DNA of 64,000 bases from the human T2T-CHM13v2.0 reference genome, Homo sapiens, in contig CP068257.2 of the NCBI GenBank assembly GCA_009914755.4, forward strand, positions 35,712,001 to 35,776,000. The letters are read 5' to 3'. The notes beneath the pieces were generated by a model. The model was not told the origin of the DNA. It saw only the letters and a list, made by a program, of their open reading frames with translations, and searched no databases. Below are positions 56,001 through 64,000 of this stretch, in pieces (within the stretch, counting starts at the first letter, position 1; each line of letters begins with the position of its first letter). The position numbers and the translations under genes are program-made.

Positions 56001-58327
56001 TTCTCTGAGCTTTTCTTTCTTATCGCTTCATGACTTGTTTCACCGGAATTTTAGAGCTATTAGGCTTTATTGCTTTAAGAAAGCACTTTTAGTATTACCA
56101 TACCATGTTCTTCTAGTTAATGGAGAAATTAGTCTGAAAGATTTTCCCTCTGTTTCTGCTCTTCTTCCCTAAAATTTGCTCTGCAAACCATTCCTCCTTC
56201 AGATGGTATGAAGGAAATAAGCCTGGGGAAAATTACCTTCTTGGAGATTGACAGCTCACATTAGCATATTGTAGGAAACCTTCTTTGCACCCGTTAACAT
56301 AGTTAGGGCAATCTTTATTAAGCTTGCCCTGAGCACTTTATAAACGTACACATACCACTAGCCAGTAAGGTACTGTTTTCATTTAACCTATGATGAAACA
56401 AGCTTAGAGGTGAACTAATTTTCCCATTTTAAATGGGAAGTGGTTGATAGGGTAGGATTCAAACCAGGCCTTAGTTTCCACTCTTAGATTTTATTCTGTA
56501 TTCCTTCTATATTATGGTGAGTTGTATAATTATTTCACTATATATTAATATTAAAAGGTAATACTAATAGAAATAAAGTGCACAATAAATGTAGTGCGCT
56601 TGAATCATCCCAAAACCATCTCTCCACCCCCAACCCCCACCCTGTCCTTTGAAAAATTGTCTTCCACGAAACTGGTCCCCGGTGCCAAAAAGGTCAGAGA
56701 CCGCTGCTGTAGAGCAATACTTGTCAGACTTTCTCACGTCGGGGCCTTCATGGACGAAATTGAAGACACCGTTTTGGGTATTCTGAGGGTTTTAGGGGAT
56801 CTTTGCACATCTAAAACATCTGTGGTGCTGTGTGCCACACACAACAGTTGGCAAGCTCTGCCCTATAGGTAATCACTTTTTCCTCAGTTCTTTTAGCTGC
56901 TTCTTCAATTTACCTGTCTATTCTAAACAATGTGCTTGTTTTATCAGGATGCTTTTGGATGCAGCTATTGAACCTGACCCATACTGGCTTAAAATAAGAG
57001 GACTTAACTCACAATTGGAATTCCAGGGACAGGCTCAGGGGCTAATTGATTTGGTAGCACAGTGATGTCTTCAGGGCCCCAGGTTTTCTCATTTCCCCCT
57101 TTAGTCACTGGCAGGCTCTATCCTCAGATTAATCAGATGGTTGCGGCAGTGTCAGGAGTTGGATTCAGATGCAACAGTGCCCATGGGAAGAAGGGAAGAT
57201 TATTTTTCTTGTAGCTGGATAAGAATGTGGTACCTTGGCCTAGGAACACGCCCTGGATTCAGGAAAGACTCACTAGAAAGGGAAATGGGATTACACTTAG
57301 ACCAGTTAGGCTCACTCCTGGCACTGGGCACGCTCTCCTTGAGCACATGTCTAAATGGACGTGGGTCCCTTGGCACTGGGCATGCTTTCCTTGAGCACAT
57401 GCCTAAATGGAGGTGGGTGTGCAAGTGGGTTCTGAACAAAATTAGCTTCTGTTACAAAGAAAGAAAGGGAATTTGGAGGCCGGGTAGGCAACCCTGTCCC
57501 TATTTTTGTATTTGCCTTAAGATTTAATACATTATTTGTTGATTTTATTTAAGGTCGATGCCTATTTAACATTAAGCCACCTATCACACTTTTTTCTTCC
57601 AGCTCCTGATTATAGTTATATAATCTTTTTTGGTAAAATCAATATTCCATGCTTAATTATGACTAAGTTTTGTTCACCATAAACCAGATTGTGTACTATG
57701 ATTACATTTTCCACCTTGTATAATCTTGTTTTTCTAAGAGTTAGTAATTGTATTTCCATTCGCTTTGTTTTCTAGTACTTGTAAGTTTTCTCATTCTTTT
57801 TAGTAGCCACTCAATGTAGTTTTTGGTATAATAAAAAATATCCGACAGTTGTTTTTGTTCCCTCTTAAGAACCATCTTATAGAGCCTCAATCAAACTGCT
57901 CCTCTATGAAATTCTTGCTCTCTGGACCTAATAGGATCCCTTTTGCATATTTTCCAGCATGGTTGGATCTCCTGTTTCCTGGCTTTCTGGCCATTATCGT
58001 TTCTGTTTTTATCCTTCGTTTTACTGGAGGACATCTTTCAATACTTCCTGAGAAAAGGGTACATGGGAGGCTAATTTTTTGAGATACGGTCAGAAAATAC
58101 CTTTAATCTGCTTTCATTTTTAAAAGTTTTGACTGGGTATAGAAATGGAGTTGGAATGTAATTTTTACTGAGAATTCTGTATATGTGGCTTCATGGCCTT
58201 CTAGCTTCATACAGCAGATACAGTTTGAATTTTGGATTTCGTTAAAAAGAAAACACAACACTATGGAAAAGGTAGAAAATATAATGAGCTCCTTGTACTC
58301 ATCATTCAAATTCAACATGTGTTAACT

Positions 58328-58423
58328 CATGACCTCTTTATAAATGTCTGTGTTTTTATCTCTCCCTCTTCCCTTCATGACCTCCTTATAAATTTCTGTG
58401 TTTTTATCTGTCCCTCTTCCCTT
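58328..58423. repeat. Tandem duplication, 2 copies of a 48-bp unit
   Basis: CATGACCTC(T/C)TTATAAAT(G/T)TCTGTGTTTTTATCT(C/G)TCCCTCTTCCCTT twice, immediately 5' of an Alu poly-T. Confidence 0.9.
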
Positions 58424-58424
58424 T

Positions 58425-58707
58425 GATTTTTTTTTTTTTTTTTTTTTTACTCTTGCCCAGGCTGGAGTGCAGTGGTCATGGCATACAGCAGTTTCGACCT
58501 CCCTGGGCTCAGGTGATGCCACCTCAGCCTCCCAAATAGCTGGGACTATAGGCACATACCACCTTGCCTGACTAATTTTTCTGTATTTTGTAGAGACGGG
58601 GGTCTTGCCATGTTGCCCAGGCTGGTCTCAAAACTCTGGGCTCAAGCAGTCCACCCACCTTGGCTTCTCAAAGTGTTGAGATTACAGGCATGAGCCACCA
58701 GCCTGAC
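58425..58707 (-). mobile_element. Alu SINE
   Basis: T22, ACTCTTGCCCAGGCTGGAGTGCAGTGGTCATGGCATACAGC...GAGATTACAGGCATGAGCCACCAGCCTGACC. Confidence 0.9.
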
Positions 58708-58965
58708 CCTGCCTCTTTTGCATTTGTAAAAGCAAACCTAGATGTATAATTTCACTTTTGAAAATTTTAATGTGTATCTGTAAAAGATAAGGATGCTGTA
58801 GCACCAATTCCTTTGTCATACCTTTAAAAGGTTAACAGTGAGTCTTCCAGTATCCAGTAAGAATTCACATTGCCTTGTTTGCCTCATCAATATTTTTTTT
58901 AACAGTTTATTTTAATCAGGATCTAAGCAAGGACCAGAAATTGCCTTGTTTGACAAATCTTTTGA

Positions 58966-59269
<304 letters not shown>

Positions 59270-59290
59270 AAAAAAGTTTGTACTATATTA

Positions 59291-59549
<259 letters not shown>

Positions 59550-59563
59550 TAAACAAATACATA

Positions 59564-59789
59564 CTGCAGTCTTGACCTCCCTGGGCTCAGGTGATTTTCC
59601 CACCTCAGCCTCCTGAGTAGCTGGGAATATAGGCGTACACCACCATGCCCGACTAATTTTTTAGTATTTTTGGTAGAGGCGGGGTCTCATTGTGTTGCCC
59701 AGGCTGGTCTTGAACTTCTGGGCTCAAGCAGTCTGCCCGCCTTGGCCTCTCAAAGTGCTTGGAATACAGGTGTGAGCTACTGTGCTGCC
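59564..59789 (-). mobile_element. Alu, partial, lacking the distal right arm
   Basis: CTGCAGTCTTGACCTCCCTGGGCTCAGGTGATTTTCCCACCTCAGCCTCCTGAGTAGCTGGGAATATAGGCGTACACCACCATGCCCGACTAATTTTTTAGTATTTTTGGTAGAGGCGGGGTCTCATTGTGTTGCCCAGGCTGGTCTTGAACTTCTGGGCTCAAGCAG...GTGAGCTACTGTGCTGCC. Confidence 0.85.
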
Positions 59790-60240
59790 TTAAAAGAATA
59801 TTTCTGATTCGAGGTTGGTTGAACTTATGGATATATGGAGGACTGGTTTTTTTTGTTTGTTTTTTGTTTTCCATCATAGCGTTGTCTCAGTTTCCTCTGG
59901 ATTCCTGTTTCTCTGCTTGTTTTGGTTTCTTTCCTTGATGTTGGCAGCTTTCCTCAAATATTTGGCCATCCTTGGGCATGTGGCTTGTATTTAGGAGTAA
60001 GGCATAAAGCTGATGAGAGCTCTTTGCGAGGGTGAGGCTTGTTCGCTGGAGGCTTAGTAGGCGGATTGGTGGACCCATGAATATGAGTATCCCTAAGGTT
60101 TTATGGCAGTGCTCTTGGGTCTCAGGTTGGGGTTGTGAATCCCATGCTGGTGTTCTGCAGGCAGAACTGTGGAAGAAGGGCTGGCATGCACAGTTCTGTC
60201 TAAACACTTTTGCTCACTTCTGTAGTATTTACTTATGTAT

Positions 60241-60414
60241 TTTGTTTTTTGTTTTTTTTTTTTTTTAGAGACAGGGTGTTGCTCACTTGCCTGGGATGGA
60301 ATGCAGTGGCACAATCACAACTCACTGCAGCCTGGAACTCCTGGGCTCAAGTGATCCTCCTGCCTCAGCCTCCCAAAGTTCTAGGCTTGCAGTTGTGAGC
60401 CACTGTGCTCAGCC
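60241..60414 (-). mobile_element. Alu with internal deletion (about 174 bp remaining)
   Basis: T-rich tail, AGAGACAGGGTGTTGCTCACTTGCCTGGGATGGAATGCAGTGGCACAATCACAACTCACTGCAGCCTGGAACTCCTGGGCTCAAGTGATCCTCCTGCCTCAGCCTCCCAAAGTTCTAGGCTTGCAGTTGTGAGCCACTGTGCTCAGCC. Confidence 0.8.
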
Positions 60415-60901
60415 TTCACTTTTGTTTTCAGTCCTGTGCCTCAAACCTATTTTCTGTTGTGCTTGATACCTGTCAGTACCAAGTCTCCATATTCACTGGT
60501 CCCCAGAGAATATGTCTTTGATGTCTTTGGAGCTAGGATAGTTGCCATCCTGGATGGGGTTTGGGCCGCAATTTTGGGGTCTTATTACCTTTATTTATTT
60601 TTCTTGACAATAACTGAGAAAACTTGCAGGTATGGTACAAATAGCTTATTTTCTACACCATTTAAACGTTGTTGGCATGAAGTCCATTATTTGAAAACTG
60701 TAGTGCATTTTTCCTACAAACAAGGGCATTCTCTTACATAACAGCAATACAGCCATCAAAGTAGCAGTTTAACATGGAGACATTACTGCTATCTAATCCA
60801 TATGACTCCATTCCGTTTTTGGCAGTTGCCCCCATAGTGTAGTGTTCTTTATGGGGAGAGAATGTTGCCTAGGATCATTTACACATTTTGTCGTTACTGT
60901 T

Positions 60902-61222
<321 letters not shown>

Positions 61223-62289
61223 TAGAACAGTTTCTTACCTGTTCTTTCTTTTGTGATGTTGATATTTTTGAGGAATACAGACCAGTGATTTTAGAGTGTT
61301 ACCCTCAGTGTGCGCCTGGTGTTTCCTCATATTAGATACAGATTAGATGTCTCAGGCAGGAATGATGCTGTTTTGAATTTTGATGAAGTCTAATTATTAA
61401 AAGTTTCTTTTATGGATTGTGCATTTGTTACCAAATTTCAGAACTCTTCCTAGTGCCCTGGTTCTTTGGAGTGGAGAATGGCATTTGGAAACCTATGTCT
61501 GAATGTTAGGTGTGCTTGGTAGTGTTAGTGTGTGGGCGCTCCTCGGCTTTCAGTGGACAGAGCCAGAGAATATGTGCATGTCCTGAGCCTCCTGTTCGTC
61601 CTCTTTCCAGGTTTGGGGATACATGAGCTAGTTTCCTTGGCATCTTCAACTGTAGACACTTATTCTGTGGCTTCCTTTAGTCTCCTAAGCCTGCCACTAC
61701 TGTGCCATCTTCTATCCATTGTCTAAAAACTTCTTTGTCCATCACTGTCTTGTATCTTGTTTTATTATTTTTTAACTACTGATTTTAGGTGAGTTTTATC
61801 TTCAGTGCAGTTTTGTGAGAGAACAGAGGTAAATGTATGGATTATTCAATATGTTGTTTACTTGCTGAAGCTTTAATACTCTTTCAAACCAATTTTTGCC
61901 TTTTATTATTTTTTGCAGTCCTCCTTAACCCCTTGTTTACCTGCTCTGTTCCTGATTGGGCTGTTCTACAGCCTATAATCTTCCACGATTCTCCTTTGTA
62001 TGGAATGAAGACAAATTTATTAAACTATTCAGATTCTCTTGATAACCTAGCCCTAGTTTATCTTTCCGTTTTCTTTTCTGCAGTTCTGCCATCTTCCCTC
62101 TACTTCAGAGCTTACATTTTCCCACTCGTGTTAGGCTCCTCTTCAGCTTTGCCTTTGGAGCATACTGTGCTTTTCTGATAACGTTTTCTATATGGCACAG
62201 AGCCTCTGCCAGGGCATGTAGTAGGTGTGTTCAGTGCATTAAACAAACATACAGATCCTCTAAACTAGTAAAGCCACCCAAGCTTGTTT

Positions 62290-62415
62290 GTTGCCTGTTA
62301 TCATTTTCCAAATACTGTCATTTAACCCTCAAAGCAACTCTGTAAGCCATTATCCATCTTTCATAAATGATGTTGAGTAAATTGCCCAAGGTTACATAGT
62401 TGTAGTTGTTAACAC
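62290..62415 (-). mobile_element. MIR SINE core, antisense
   Basis: CATTTAACCCTCAAAGCAACTCTGTAAGCCATTATCCATCTTTCATAAATGATGTTGAGTAAATTGCCCAAGGTTACATAGTTGTAG, similar to the rc MIR CTCATTTAATCCTCACAACAACCCTATGAGGTAGG...CCCCATTTTACAGATGAGGAAACTGAGGC...TTGCCCAAGGTCACACAGCTAGTAAG. Confidence 0.5.
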
Positions 62416-62734
62416 TGAATTTAACAAATGTTTGTGTGCCTGTATGTGACAGGCTCTTTGAGGTTGTAGAGACAGTTGGGGAATAAAGCTGACAACATAC
62501 CCCTAATGGAAGCAGTGTTAAAATGCTCAATCCAAGTGAGGTTGATTTTGGGGCAAGTCTTCTGTAACCTGACGTACTCATCTCAGATGTCATCTCCTGT
62601 AGTCTTTCCTGACTTTCCTAGAAGGAGGCAGGGGAGAAGTGGAAAGAATAGCTCCATCTTTTGTTCTCATTAGTTCCTTCCTTTCTTATTGTATTATCAT
62701 ATATAGCATTTATAAAATTATTATTTGTATTTGA

Positions 62735-63440
62735 GGCATGTCTTGGTCTGTTTGTGCTGCTCTAACAAAATACCTTGGACTGAATAATTTATAAAAAATA
62801 GAATTTATTTTTCACAGTTCTGGAGGCTGAGAAGTCCATATCAGGGCACCAGCGGATTCGGTGTTTGCCGAAGGCCTGCTTTCTGCTTCATAGATGATGC
62901 CTCTTGCCGTGTCCTCACATGATGGAAGGGCAGGGCAACTTCCTTTAACCTCTTTTACAAGGACATGAATCCCACAGTTCCCCAAAGGCTCCACCTCTTA
63001 ATACTGTTAGGGCCTAATGTAGAAATTCTGTGGGGAACACCAGTATTCAGACTGGTCATAGTCTGTGCTGCTGTAACAAAACACAGGTTAGGTAGTTTAC
63101 AGAAAACAAAATAATTTCTTACAGTTCTGGAGGATGGGAAGTCCAAGATAAAAGTGTTGGCAGGATTGATGTCTCGTGAGGATCCAGTCTTTCTGCTTCC
63201 AAGATGGCGTTTCAAACGCTGCACCCTCTTGAGGGGAGAAATGCTGTGTCCTCACAAGGCAGAACGTGAAAGAGCAGAAGAGACCAAACTTCCTCTGTTA
63301 AGCCCTTTTATAATGGCATTAACCAATCTGTGAGGGCAAAGCCCTTATGACCTGAACATCTTCCAAAATCCTCATCTCCCAGCACTGTTATGTTGTGGAT
63401 GAAGTTTTCAACAAATGAATTTTGGGGGACACATTCAGAC
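62735..63440 (+). mobile_element. Two tandem, diverged MaLR LTR copies (MLT1-like), same orientation
   Basis: Copy A: TTTGTGCTGCTCTAACAAAATACCTTGGACTGAATAATTTATAAAAAATAGAATTTATTTTTCACAGTTCTGGAGGCTGAGAAGTCCATATCAGGGCACC...TCCTCACATGATGGAAGGGCAGGG...; Copy B: TGTGCTGCTGTAACAAAACACAGGTTAGGTAGTTTACAG...TCTTACAGTTCTGGAGGATGGGAAGTCCAAGATAAAAGTGTTGGCAGG...TGTCCTCACAAGGCAGAA...GAATTTTGGGGGACACATTCAGACCATAG. Confidence 0.55.
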
Positions 63441-64000
63441 CATAGTAGGGCCTTTGATAGATTGAGCTGTTTTGGTGGGGAGCTGTCTCTTTCTGGTATC
63501 CAGGATGCTTGCCACATGATGTGTAGTCTCAGTAAGTGAGTGCATTGATAAAGAAGTATCCATGATGTGCTTTACCGACAGCAGGTAGCAGTACTCTCTG
63601 TTACTCAAGACTGCCTCTTTGTAAGGGTACAAGTAGTTTCAGAAACTCCACTCTCTGTTTAGTTGGGAGGATGTGCTCTCAAAGAGGTTACCTACAGGCA
63701 CATTTTTACCGGAGTTTAATAAACTGTCTTTTTTCTGGGTACATATAGGTCTCTGGTCTGGAAGATGGGGTCTTGACTCCCCAACCACCAATAGTAACCA
63801 TCTGGTAGGAGTTTTGAATTATTTGTTAAAGAAGTATGCTGATATGAGATGTCACAATGTACAAGCCTCTTTTCAAATCAGGAGATAAATTATTTCAGAA
63901 GAGGTAGAATGTTTATTTTGAAACATTTTACAAACAGGTTTGTTGTAATTCTTTCCTTGTATTTGTTGTCATATAACATGTTGAGGTTATCTGTTGCTGC

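Overview
This window is human/primate nuclear DNA, not a microbial locus. It is AT-rich intergenic or intronic sequence saturated with primate retroelements, about 48 Alu copies or fragments. It also carries L1 3'-end and ORF1/ORF2 fragments in both orientations, MaLR solo LTRs (THE1/MST/MLT1-like) and MIR relics. The one outstanding feature is a roughly 2.4 kb CpG island at about 36.2-38.6 kb. Inside it is a compact cluster of promoter motifs: an E-box, GC boxes, two CRE-like half sites, a perfect PBX-MEIS composite site TGATTGACAG, an inverted CCAAT, and YY1-type AAAATGGCG motifs. Next comes an approximately 850-nt GC-rich stretch that carries no ATG on the + strand and ends at a consensus donor, CCG|GTGAGT. 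The rest of the window, about 25 kb, has no recognisable coding exon. My best model is a CpG-island promoter driving a + strand transcript whose first exon is non-coding (5'UTR or lncRNA) and whose first intron is long. A competing model is a divergent minus-strand first coding exon. It begins at an ATG embedded in a YY1 motif and ends 123 nt later, in frame, at a strong donor CAG|GTAACG. I could not identify the gene from memory. Apart from the 41-codon minus-strand candidate, the six-frame ORF track is uninformative here. It uses non-ATG starts, and its long ORFs are translations of Alu consensus or of stop-codon-poor GC-rich DNA. There are no CRISPR arrays, rRNA or tRNA genes, and no prokaryotic operon structure. 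Second-look items are structured repeats in the leader, a (GGGCC)5 tract, a (TCC)n mirror repeat, two short tandem duplications, and several nested or oddly structured retroelement insertions with clean target-site duplications (TSDs).
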